From Oopsacas minuta (taxonomy: Eukaryota; Animalia; Porifera): a DNA stretch of 64,000 nt. Below the pieces are notes generated by a model. It did no database searches. It was not told the origin of the DNA and saw only the letters and a program-made list of their open reading frames with translations. The stretch lies in NCBI GenBank assembly GCA_024704765.1, contig JAKMXF010000044.1:496001-560000 (forward strand). The letters run 5' to 3'. This document shows, piece by piece, positions 38,106 to 49,525 of this stretch (position 1 is the stretch's first letter; the number at the start of each line of letters is the position of its first letter). The translations under genes were made by a program, and so were the position numbers.

Positions 38106-38250
38106 TTCAGCTAATTTGTACAAATTATAGTAAGAAAGTATTCAACTAGACTGGTAGACTAATTACTAAAGTGGAATAACTGGGATCTGAAAAGCAGTCT
38201 AATATAACTTTATCTGTATAATATACGCCTACTATGGTACATGAATCCCT

Positions 38251-38726
38251 ATGCGCACAGTACTTAATGGACATGCACACAGTACTTAATGGACATGCAC
38301 ACAGTACTTAATGGACATGCGCACAGTACTTAATGGACATGCACACAGTACTTAATGGACATGCACACAGTACTTAATGGACATGCACACAGTACTTAAT
38401 GGACATGCACACAGTACTTAATGGACATGCGCACAGTACTTAATGGACATGCACACAGTACTTAATGGACATGCACACAGTACTTAATGGACATGCACAC
38501 AGTACTTAATGGACATGCACACAGTACTTAATGGACATGCGCACAGTACTTAATGGACATGCACACAGTACTTAATGGACATGCACACAGTACTTAATGG
38601 ACATGCACACAGTACTTAATGGACATGCACACAGTACTTAATGGACATGCGCACAGTACTTAATGGACATGCACACAGTACTTAATGGACATGCGCACAG
38701 TACCTAATGGACATGCGCACAGTACT
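38251..38726 (-). repeat. Right subterminal array of B: 22 x 22-bp units, inverse of the left array
   Basis: ATGC(G/A)CACAGTACTTAATGGAC units with no spacers. Confidence 0.97.
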
Positions 38727-38780
38727 TTTTAATACCTCCATTTGAGAGCCTACTTTTTTCCAAAATTCCAATTATATATT

Positions 38781-38834
38781 AATGTAGCGCATGCGCTACT
38801 CAAATGCAGCGCATGCGCTACTCACTTTTAAATA
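38781..38834 (-). repeat. Right subterminal repeats of A: two units with GCGCATGCGC
   Basis: Includes the 16-bp perfect palindrome GTAGCGCATGCGCTAC at 38784-38799. Confidence 0.93.
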
Positions 38835-39099
38835 ACTCATTGTATTGGTAAAGTAGGAATCAGGGCTGGCAAAAGCCAAGCTTAGGCTGATAGAAGGAAG
38901 GGCCCCCTCAATTCCGAAACCGTACTGTCATGTATTTGAGTTCGATTTATTAAACAGCTAATATTTCCTCAGTCAGTCACTCTCTAAATACATTTTTATC
39001 GATATTAATTGTAATTGAGTTGCGATTAATATTTACATTAATCTACTGTTTCCTCCTCGGTTCAATCACTTAACATTAATCAACCACACTGTCCCAAGT

Positions 39100-39480
39100 C
39101 TTATAGTAATAAGATTTGTGTATTTCTCCAACGGACTTCCAGAACTTTTTTACGAAGACTATAGCGAATTTTTGGTAAAGGTTGTGAATGAGGTCCACAA
39201 TAATTAGGATGAGAAGACTCCATTTTATTCAAGCACAGAGTTACTAAGCATCGATCTACCGGTTAGTCTCCGTTTTTACTTGGTGTACCATCGGGAAGCT
39301 CGCTTACCTATAGATGTGGAGCTTTTACCTACCTCCGATGAACCCGATGCAAATGTGAATGAATTTTACGATACAATGCTAGATATATGAAGTAGAGTGA
39401 AGAAAAACGCCATGGCAAAATATCGCCTTGGCACAGAAGTACCAGAAACAAGATTATGATCGAAAGAAAACAATGCAGGT
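39100..39480 (+). pseudogene. Decayed Gypsy/Ginger-type integrase C-terminal fragment
   Basis: Across stops and frameshifts: SNGL.E, KVVNE..*DE, LFKHRVTKHRSTG*SPF, VYHREARLPIDV and NIALAQKYQKQDYDRK. Confidence 0.6.
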
Positions 39481-41556
39481 GCGTCTCTTCACATTCTCAT
39501 TAGAATATTTTTCGATGCAATATTATCGCTTATTCTTACACATGTAGGAGTTCAACGTTGTGTTCTGGTAGAGAACTCCTACCATAAGGGACGTAAGGTT
39601 AGAGAAATTTGTCTGTCATGTCATATCTGGTTCAATCAGGACCATCTACGGCGCCAAGGATAGCACCCTTTGTCATGTAATGTACTCTTGATCGATTTAC
39701 AGCCCCGCAGGTTGATTCCTAGACAATGCTCCTTGCTTACTCCAATTTTCAAAATAATAGAGAACTAATAACTGCTATAAATGGTACTATTCTAATTCAT
39801 CTATAGGTCTAAATGTCTAAATTACTAAGTGCTACTGTTTTTCATGTGTTTTTCCTACATTTTTCACAGAGCCATTTCACTTATTTTTATCTTCAAGCGC
39901 TTCGTTATGTACTGAAACGCAGTGAATATGGTACCAGTGTTTGTATTCACTTCATTCCACCATGTCACCACTTCAGGAATCCACGTCTGGCAGTCTGCAT
40001 TTTGCATAAAACATCATTAGTATCTTCGCGATATTTTTCTTTGTCCCTACTTTCTCTAACCTCCTTACTCTAACCAAGGAGATATTGTCATTTACCTTAT
40101 ATAAAACATTCATACAAGTGACTCATTAATCATTAATCCCTGATTCATCGAGTATTTTCCCGGGCTTTTTCAGAGAGACAAATGAGTTGCGTTTGCTACA
40201 GCAAATAATCAACAATCGTTGCTACCAGATTGTTTGCGAATGCTCATAAGTTTCATCTTAATCTCCTTTTCCTGTGTGTGGAGTAGGGATGCAAATTTGT
40301 TCCTTTACCTCAATGTTAACAGATCGATAAATGCTGTCATATAGATATGTTAATGTTACACACATTTGTACATCACAAGTATATATTTATAACATCCTTG
40401 TGAATTTTAGCTATTTTTATGTCAGAGGCGACAACGAAGATGGTGCAATCCAGGAAGAGCCTACACAAGGGCAAAAACTGAACAAAAAGGGAGAGATTAT
40501 TCCACAGCAAAATAGTTTCTCTGAGAAAAACAATAATGCTAGAATCTCGAGGAACGACAGTTATTGGAGTTCATGCAAAAGATGTTAACAGTCCCCAGAA
40601 ACTTGCCGTCATAGGCGTAGCTAGGGGTTTGCTAGGGGTTGTTGGTAACCCCGGCGCTATTGTCAGCAACCCCAGTTGCAACCCCTGGATTACTGCGAAT
40701 GCACGCAATTTCTGTGTTTTTGGAGTTGCTAGCAACCCCAGCGGTAACCCCAAAGAGGAAATGCTAGCTACGCTTCTGCTTGCCGTACTTCAGAAGGGAG
40801 CAATATGATACGATGTGCAGAGTGCAATAAATGGTTCATGAGGAATGCATACAGTTAGCGAAGACACACCCAAAGTATAAGTGGGTAGGTGACAGTTGCA
40901 AAGGATGATGAATTTGGGAGATTACCACAGCCCACGTCCCGTATTTTAGGCATTTACATATTCAAGGGACCGTCACGTTACGTCCCGTCCCGTCCCGAAA
41001 ATAAGTCACGACCCCTAGTGCAAGTATCAGGTGATATCTGTAATCACTAATACAATGATTTCCTGAAAGAAATCAACAATAACGAGTTGCATGGGAATGG
41101 GACATGTTCTATTTTCTTGTAACATTGTTGCATGAAAATTGTAATTCCTTCATCCAACAGTGTGTTGCACCGTGTATGTTGCCGTATTGCACGCAACAAG
41201 ATAGCATCATGTAAGGTGGGCTTAACACATTAATCGCAACCAATCTTTACGTGAAAATCATGTTAATTACTTGTTTATTTACGGTTAGCTAATTCGCTAC
41301 TGAAGGGGCACAACAATGATACAAGATTACAGTCAACTCCTCTTAATTGGGAACCGGTTAATCGAAAAATCTGCTTAATTGGGGCAAATCTCCAGGGACA
41401 GAATCAGCTCCATTCAAGTAAATAATACATATTTTCAGTTAATCGCGACAAACTCCGCCCAGCCTGGTAATCGAGTGAAAAAATAATTAACTCAATCAGA
41501 CGAAATTTGTCTTGATTTCAGGAAATTCTGATAAGCTTGGTAGAGGGACAAAATTT

Positions 41557-44500
41557 GGTACAATTGCAGAATCTTACACCCCCCAACTTTTTTAATGTGG
41601 TCAAGAATCCCTATATGCACCGTTCAAGAACTCGTTGAGAGAAGTTGATAGAGCTAAAGAAATCCAAAATCGGATTAAAATTGACAAAGTTACGAAACAT
41701 TTACTCCCTAAGCCAAATCCTATGGGGAAAATTGTATTACTCACTATAGTCAAATTGTATTGATTTATACATTACAATTACCATAGGAATGCGCATACTG
41801 TTGATATTGCGGTTATACACGCTTGTTACTCTACTCTTTCATGTTCATTTGTTTGCTATTCAGTGTATTTCACTGCAGGTAATTCTTGTTACTTTAAAGG
41901 AAAGCTGGTTATTACATAATTCTGCCTGCAACACTAAATATACAATGCAACATTTCATTTCATATTATGCTTGCAATTAAATTGCATCCTGTATATGAAG
42001 TCGTTCAAACGTACCATACTTGCCAACTGTTCCGTTGGTTGGAGGGACACCACGATTACTCGCCCCGAATATGTGTTGACTGCCAATAAGGCTAATGTCT
42101 AGCCAAAACTTGACAAAACCCTTAATTGCCCCTCTATTTGTAGTCCAGTCTAATACAAATATGCTGCATCCGACGATGTCCCGCTCAATTAGCCCCTTCT
42201 GTCCCACATTTTATCTTCACTCATGTTGGCAAGTATGGGGTTGACACTTGCCCTGTAATACCTCGATAATGTTTAGCCAGTGCAGAGCAAAAGTATCAAG
42301 TTTTGGATACCAAATATAATACGGGTGGTATTTCTTGCCTGAACCAAATGTGTGGGGTCAAATGTCTATTATAGATAAACTTGAGCAAGTGTAGTCAGTT
42401 TGTAACTGCAACACATTCTCATTATAACGAAGTGTTCTGGACTGGTACGGAACCCGGTTACATTTCGTGATCTGCAGAATTAGGATATATGCGGAGTAAG
42501 ATCAATACTTTCAAGCTGGAGGGGGTTTGTGAATCACTTTGTTATAGCGTGAGTTTAGCCATATAATTGATGTTAGCTTATAACGGAAGTTTACAGTACA
42601 GGGCCTTATGAGGTGGTGTAACAGGTTCGGAGGTCGCTCCGAACCAATAATTAGCAATTTATATTAATGGTGAGATGTGATGAATGCTGCAACAGTAAGT
42701 TTGTGATTCCTGCGTCCCTACAATGCCAGGATTATTAGACAGTCAAATCCGCTTAATTAGGACAAATTTAGGTAATCGAGTGAAAATTAGTAACTCACTC
42801 AAGACGATTTTCTCTTGATTTAGGAAATTGTAATAAGCTAGGTACTAGGTACATCGCCTAATTTGGGATTAATATGACCAAATCAAATTCTATTTACTAG
42901 TTATCGTTATCGGAAGACAATATAACGATCCGAATGAGAAATTTATTTGATTATGGGATTATTTACATAAATTTTCTTTACAACCAACAATCACCTATAA
43001 TATGGTAATATGCTTGAGATTAAATATGAGAAGTGTGGTAAAAATATGTGGTTTCAGATTTAATTTCTATTGTATAGATTTATTGATGTGTTCATAGTTA
43101 TACCAGTATCTATTACATACAAAATTTAGTATAATTGGAATGCTGTTTGTCTGGTTACTGAGTTGAACAACAAATGGTTTAGGAAAGTGGCATGCAAACC
43201 ACTTGTAATTATTAACTATAATTAATGAATACATTCCAAACGATCATACAATGCATTTCGATCAATCTTAAGTCAAGTACAAAAGGAATATCAGGGAAAT
43301 ATAACTAACAAATTCTAATTATTCGAGTTGTGATTTCTATAATAGAATCCTTAATGGCAGTTGCTCCATCGTTTCAACCTCTGCTGGTTCCTACAATATT
43401 TTCAGTTATTGAAGAAATTACCTTAATACAACTTTTTCGTAATATCACTATTGATGAAGATACTTGTATAGCATGGCTCAAAAGTAACGGACTTTTAGCT
43501 ACCGGGATGATGTGCAAATGCGGTAGAATTATGCGACCAGGAACATTTTCAGGTATTGCAGATGGAAAGGGGTGGAGGTGCCCGGAAAAGTCATGCAAAA
43601 AATTCGCTTCGATGAGGATTGGCTCATTCTTTGAAGGTGCTCATCTACCCTTAACTGAGTTGGTAGAATTTCTCTATTTCTGGGCCGATAATATGCAAAC
43701 TACTGCCTTTTTACACAAGAATCTAGGGTGGGGAGAGCATACTATAACAGACTGGAAGAACTTCCTCAGAGACCTATGTGTTGAGGAATTTTTAGTCAAT
43801 CCTCAACCAATTGGAGGGCCTGGGCATATTGTAGAAATAGATGAATCAAAGTTTGGGCATCGAAAGTATTCAAGAGGTCGTATGCTATCAGGTCAATGGG
43901 TATTTGGAGGAATAGATAGAGAGACAAAAGATGTCTTTATGATACCTGTTCAAGACAGATCGGCTGCAACATTAGTCCCTCTCATCCAGAGATATATTCT
44001 TCCGGGCACTACCATACTTTCTGACGAATGGGCATCGTATAATTCTATCCCCGCTGCAAGTTTTCAGCATCTCACCGCCAACCATAGTCTCAATTTTGTT
44101 GACCCTACTACAGGTGTACATACGCAAACAGTTGAGAGTACATGGGGTGGTGCGAAGAAACGGCTGAGGAATTGCATGACTACTAACCCCATACTATTAG
44201 ATACCCACTTATCTGAAGTTTGTTGGCAGAAGAAATATGGAGAAGCTAGATTCTCCAACCTTATCATGGAAATAAGGAAACAATATCCAGTTGTCTAACT
44301 GTACCATACTTCTGCTTTGGTGTTTCGTTTCTAGCAATACTTGTTATATTGTAGATTTGTAGTTAAAGTAGTGTATAGAAAGCTCAATACTAATTAGTTA
44401 CTCCAAATATAACTACTCCCCATAGTATTATATCCAGCCATGGGGTGTCATTTATTTAATATTCTGCCCACTATCATAAGTAGAAACCCATGAAAACTTT

Positions 44501-45144
44501 GTTCCAACATTACTAACGCACCTGGAGAGAAGCTGGATCATAACTATGTGATTAAATAGTACATGAATTGTTTCTAACATTGATACGAACACAAACGAAC
44601 GATCAAAATTGGTTTCCCTTGGCCTGAGTAATACAAATTAAAATACCATTTTAGGAAACAGAATATATGCAAATATATGTGTCATACCGGGAATTCGATT
44701 AACTAGGTCGAATTGTCGAGGTGCCATAGTATAAAATATGAAATGAAATGTTGCATTGTATATTTAGTGTTGCAGGCAGAATTATGTAATAACCAGCTTT
44801 CCTTTAAAGTAACAAGAATTACCTGCAGTGAAATACACTGAATAGCAAACAAATGAACATGAAAGAGTAGAGTAACAAGCGTGTATAACCGCAATATCAA
44901 CAGTATGCGCATTCCTATGGTAATTGTAATGTATATATCAATACAATTTGACTATAGTGAGTAATACAATTTTCCCCATAGGATTTGGCTTAGGGAGTAA
45001 ATGTTTCGTAACTTTGTCAATTTTAATCCGATTTTTGAGTTCTTTAGCTCTATCAACTTCTCTCAACGAGTTCTTGAACGGTGCATATAGGGATTCTTGA
45101 CCACATTAAAAAAGTTGGGGGGTGTAAGATTCTGCAATTGTACC
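41557..45144 (+). mobile_element. Merlin (IS1595-like) DNA transposon, 3.6 kb, with ~410-bp TIRs
   Basis: Near-identical inverted repeats at 41557-41966 and 44735-45144 starting GGTACAATTGCAGAATC; they enclose the transposase. No TSD found. Confidence 0.8.
43354..44298 (+). CDS. Merlin / DDE_Tnp_IS1595 transposase
   Basis: Zinc ribbon CKCG...WRCPEKSC; GGPGHIVEIDES; WVFGGIDR; ILSDEWASY; NHSLNFVDPTTGVHTQTVESTW; open frame. Confidence 0.93.
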   Translation: MAVAPSFQPLLVPTIFSVIEEITLIQLFRNITIDEDTCIAWLKSNGLLATGMMCKCGRIMRPGTFSGIADGKGWRCPEKSCKKFASMRIGSFFEGAHLPLTELVEFLYFWADNMQTTAFLHKNLGWGEHTITDWKNFLRDLCVEEFLVNPQPIGGPGHIVEIDESKFGHRKYSRGRMLSGQWVFGGIDRETKDVFMIPVQDRSAATLVPLIQRYILPGTTILSDEWASYNSIPAASFQHLTANHSLNFVDPTTGVHTQTVESTWGGAKKRLRNCMTTNPILLDTHLSEVCWQKKYGEARFSNLIMEIRKQYPVV

Positions 45145-47256
45145 TTCACAATTAATTATTTATGTTGTGGGGGGTCATAATTTTGTTAGATTAGCTATAT
45201 TTCTAGCCGTGATCCTTATCCCAGTAGGCCAGCATATTTGACTTGTCTAGCCCACTTCATAACGGTGGAGGAGTACTCTGGTCTAGGACATAATATACTC
45301 AGGTATATTCCAGGATTGGGTATACAATGCTATGGGGTATGATATGGGCTTTTGGACTAAGTTTGGAATTTCGTCTGATCGGACCAAATATCCCAGATAC
45401 TTATGGTCCCGGTTGATTTTTGGTCTTATGGACTTATTATTCCTGATGTACTTACTTATTAATTCTTGTATATTTGTTGTGGACTGACGCAAAATAGGAT
45501 GAGTGTATTGATAATTAGCTACACATGCAGTGGCGTAGCACTGCTTCAAAAAGTGGTCCGGCTAGAAATAGAAACAAGCCTTGGTTGTATGGTCCAATAA
45601 ATGTACAGTTACAACATTGGGAAGTAATTAATAAAATATAAAGTAGTATCATAGTGGAAACACTAGATTCGTCAAAACAAGAATAGTCATGGTCCCGCTA
45701 AAAACCGGACAGGCTCAAAATGGTCCGGCCAAAGCCGGACCTACTCCTACGCCTATGACATGACATCTCTTTGTATAAGCCATATTAACAATGTAGTGTC
45801 CTGTAGCGAACTGTTCGTATCCAATCGAGTTTGATAAATGCATATTTACTCAAATATGTGATTTACCCGCGGTATCTCCTCTAAGTATCATTTATTCTAT
45901 CATAATATTCTCAGATTCGGTTGATGCAATGTTGCCAAGATTTACAGTGGAAACTTGTTAATACAAACACCAACGGACTATCAAAATGTGTTCACTTTAT
46001 CCGGAGTAATATCAATTGAATAACAATTGATTAGCTATTTTACACCCACCAGCTAAAATTCATGGTATCTGTCCTGTAATAGTTTTAGGTATCCAATAGA
46101 CTATACCAGTTTCACGACTTTAAGTACACTTCACAATATTGGAGTCAGAACTGGGATAGCTATATAGAAACAGTAATTTTATTATGTTAACAGTTAACTG
46201 CAATTAACTGGCAATTAACTGGCTGTTAACGCAAGCATTAGCATCCTGCGTTAAATGCGTAGTAAGACCAAAATTGGAGAATTGTGAATGTGATTTTGAG
46301 GTAGGCAAGAGTAGCTGTTGACAGCTAACAGTAAAACATTATATGATGTAAACACAGCATTCTTCCATTAATACCATCCCTATGACCTTTGTCAATATAT
46401 ATTTTTTCTTTCTATTATTAAATTATAATATCCTTCTGATAGTATTACAGCATTTAAGTTTACGTACTCCAATCCTTCCCATCTCCCCGTCCTTGGCTCC
46501 TGCATTTGAATATTGTTTTAATGTTAAACAATGAATTATCGACAGCAATCTGCCACATCGGAAGTGTTAGCTGTTTATAGATTACTTATATTCACACAAC
46601 TTCCCATTACATCCCTGTCTAAATCAGTTTTTTTATATTATTTGCATAGCCATACTGACAGGCTCTTCGTTGTATGCTGTGTACTTTGCAAACTATTTCA
46701 TCATTATTTGGTATTTCTTGATAACCTAGGATTCGAAACACAGTACAATAGTACATAGACTATAAATAATTATATTAATACTTCACAAGTTCTCCAATTT
46801 AAAGTGGAATAGAAATTTAGAACATTTTCAAAATATGTACGTATATAAAGATGTGTTAACACATCGCCAATATATACTTTTGATAAGTGAAGGGAGCTAA
46901 ACGATTGTTATTTATGGATGATCTTGAATACTGTCCTTCTGAGTGTTGTGACAGTATTTATGCAGCTTATTTGTGGTATTTTGTCACATTATTGTTCCTT
47001 TTAAAATTTAACTCTATTTCCAGCCCTGGTTGTATGCCAGTATATTTTACTGGGTTAGCTTATCGGGGGGTATAATCTGTCCCTGTCCAGATTATACCTT
47101 GGCATACTCTACCCCTAAATTATCAATAGGCGTGCCGAATTGTGAAATTGCTCTTGAATTATTATTATTACATATCATTATACAGTTCTAATATTGAATG
47201 AATACTGTTATATCCTGATAGTATAATATGAGAGGTGTTTTACTTTATAACTTAGC

Positions 47257-48813
47257 ATGAACATAAGGAACTCATGGGTGACCCTCAGCATTCTGCTATC
47301 TTTGGTGTTTATGGACTTAGTACTGTTGGCTGGGTACCTGGCTCTAATAGGACTCTCCTATCAAAAAGCTAGAGCAGGTAATCTAGAATACTATGTATAC
47401 TTAGTTGCTGATACTATATTCGCATTCATATTGGCGTTAATTCTTACTCTGACTGGAATAGTATTCGTAATGCATGAAAGGTTGGTGAAAGCTCCTAGAA
47501 AAGGAATATTGAGGGAAGATATAGAAATGATGAAACTAAATTCTAATCAGTATCTGAGTATAGACTTTATCCCATCGGATGATACTGTTATACAGGATAG
47601 CGAGGATACTGGAGCTCCTGTTGTCACAACTAATCATCAAGGAGCTCAAGCTAAATTTATCCTACACGACACACCCTTTTTATCTCAGGACCAGATGGAA
47701 AATGCTCCAGCTCTCAAACTATCTGGAGAAGGTACTCAAATCAAACCGTCTAGATTTACCATCAAAGATAATCCTGACACCGATATAACTTACAAACCGT
47801 TCGTTTTCAAACAGTTATCTCCTCTCACCATCCTCTCGTGCGTTGCTATGTACGGATCCTTTATCCTATTGCTACTGGGATTAACTTCATTCGCCTGGGC
47901 AATTGTAATAGCACAATACTATAGAGCACTATCTTATAAGATTGGATGGACGTTTGCATTTGTAGACTTTATGAGTGGTATTCTAGCGCCCTTCCTCCTC
48001 CTCTGTAGCATAACTATAGCTACATTTGTGCTGTCATACTTCACCAGACAGGAGATATCTCTCCGCTCTGCTATCAGTCCACTGCTTAATTCAGTACATC
48101 TACTAAAGCACTCAGATGGTAGTGTGTACTGGCTAGTTGGAGGGAGATTTAAGTACAATCTGTTGTATGGTAAGTACATGAGAAATTTGAATAACAAACA
48201 CCCCTGGATTGAGTCCCATTACAGTACCTGGGCTTTCTGGGTAGTTATATGTATAGCTCTAATGTTCTCATTTTCTCAGTTCATTAATCTTACTGTTATC
48301 TCAGAACGTACTTCTACTACTTGTATCACAGACTTCGATTGTTTCCTAGCCATTCATCCTTTCACATTTGAGCATATAATATGTCCGGCTGGAGGTAACG
48401 GTACTTTTGACATAACCTTTATGAGAAATAATTCTGTTGCTCGACTCCCCAATGATACTGCACTTTATTGCTTTCAGTATTTGAATTTTGGATTTGATAG
48501 CAACTTGTTTTTAGCACTCGGAAGTACCTTTGCCTTGTATCTATTCGGGATTGCGCTTTTTTACAGGATATTTAACGCTACCGCCATCTTTATTCAGATT
48601 AAGAATACCAGACTATGGTCTCTACCCCTTTTCATAATTGGGTTTGTATGTATCCTATTCGTAATAGTACTCTATTTACTAAACGGATTACACTTATTCT
48701 TATTCAATATAATACAATTCTTTGGGATCCTTCAATTATCTGTTTACTTCATGGTGATAGGAGTATTAGTCCTGGCATACTTTCATCAAGATGAAGTTAA
48801 GAAAAATGTATGA
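47257..48813 (+). CDS. Uncharacterised multipass membrane protein (518 aa)
   Basis: Long intronless ORF with roughly 9-10 hydrophobic segments and a Cys/N-glycosylation-sequon-rich loop; family not recognised. Confidence 0.85.
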   Translation: MNIRNSWVTLSILLSLVFMDLVLLAGYLALIGLSYQKARAGNLEYYVYLVADTIFAFILALILTLTGIVFVMHERLVKAPRKGILREDIEMMKLNSNQYLSIDFIPSDDTVIQDSEDTGAPVVTTNHQGAQAKFILHDTPFLSQDQMENAPALKLSGEGTQIKPSRFTIKDNPDTDITYKPFVFKQLSPLTILSCVAMYGSFILLLLGLTSFAWAIVIAQYYRALSYKIGWTFAFVDFMSGILAPFLLLCSITIATFVLSYFTRQEISLRSAISPLLNSVHLLKHSDGSVYWLVGGRFKYNLLYGKYMRNLNNKHPWIESHYSTWAFWVVICIALMFSFSQFINLTVISERTSTTCITDFDCFLAIHPFTFEHIICPAGGNGTFDITFMRNNSVARLPNDTALYCFQYLNFGFDSNLFLALGSTFALYLFGIALFYRIFNATAIFIQIKNTRLWSLPLFIIGFVCILFVIVLYLLNGLHLFLFNIIQFFGILQLSVYFMVIGVLVLAYFHQDEVKKNV

Positions 48814-49525
48814 CATTTGATAGAGTAATATTCACAGAGAAAATTTTATCCTACTTTCTATTTGTATATGTATATTATTATATTCTTTTCTAAAGTCCAC
48901 ATCATATAGATAACATTAATCAAGTGTAATAAACCTACTTTTGTTCTATTCTTTTCAGAATAATCCAACAATTTAGTTCACCATATCTATAGAGGTAGAG
49001 TGAGTAGACACTCGCTAATCCGAACAGGGCCTATTATGCAACCTTTGGTAAATATTCTCAAATTTTCAAAAATGGCCTATTGCATGATTTCCATCTTATT
49101 CTAATGCGTACGATTACATAGTTATATAATACTATTTATTCACGCTATGTGCTAGTATATTACACATGTTTGCAGCCTTTTCATCGTTTGTACAACTTTC
49201 GATGCAATCAAAAAACAAAACTAATCCGAATGATATATTTTTGCAATTGGAAGTTTGTAACAGTGCTGTTCAATTTCGCGAGAGTTTGTACTGCATACTA
49301 TCAAATCTCAATTGTTGGCTCCTTAATACAGTAGAACAAAAATTAGTACGTATTATCTGAAGTACGTCATATCCGAATATTCTTCCTATACAATAGTACA
49401 AGAATTGATAACTATACTCCGTTCTGGAGACAGTACGTACTAACCTAGAGTACTTCTTAAGCAGAGTATGTACTAACCGAGTTCTATTGTGTTATAATTC
49501 AAATATTGTTATTACATTCTATAGT

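Larger units (their letters stand above)
32290..38739 (+). mobile_element. KDZ/Zisupton-like transposon B (6450 bp) nested in A
   Basis: Inverted ends TATTAAAAAGTACTGTGCGCATGTCC at 32294 and 38734; perfect 7-bp direct repeat ATTTGAG at 32283-32289 and 38740-38746; same gene layout as A. Confidence 0.9.
26968..38838 (+). mobile_element. KDZ/Zisupton-like transposon A (~5.4 kb, outer element; carries element B near its right end)
   Basis: Subterminal inverted repeats TATTTAAAA(A/G)TGAGTAGCGCATGCGCTGCATTT at 26972 and 38834; 7-bp direct repeat ATTGTAT at 26961-26967 and 38839-38845; two convergent genes. Confidence 0.88.

Noticed and set aside
38251-38726. 22-bp repeat array as a CRISPR array
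   Set aside because: The units are contiguous with no spacers, there are no cas genes, the context is eukaryotic, and the array is the inverse of the element's left array.
40615-40760. TAGGGGTT / AACCCC repeats as an interstitial telomere or ncRNA
   Set aside because: The motifs are dispersed, occur in both orientations and are not tandem; they more likely belong to a MITE subterminal region, and I cannot support a specific call.
41540-45160. 8-9-bp TSD for the Merlin element, and its long TIRs as a novelty
   Set aside because: The flanks (CAAAATTT / TTCACAAT) do not match, and TIRs of several hundred bp are within what is known for Merlin elements.
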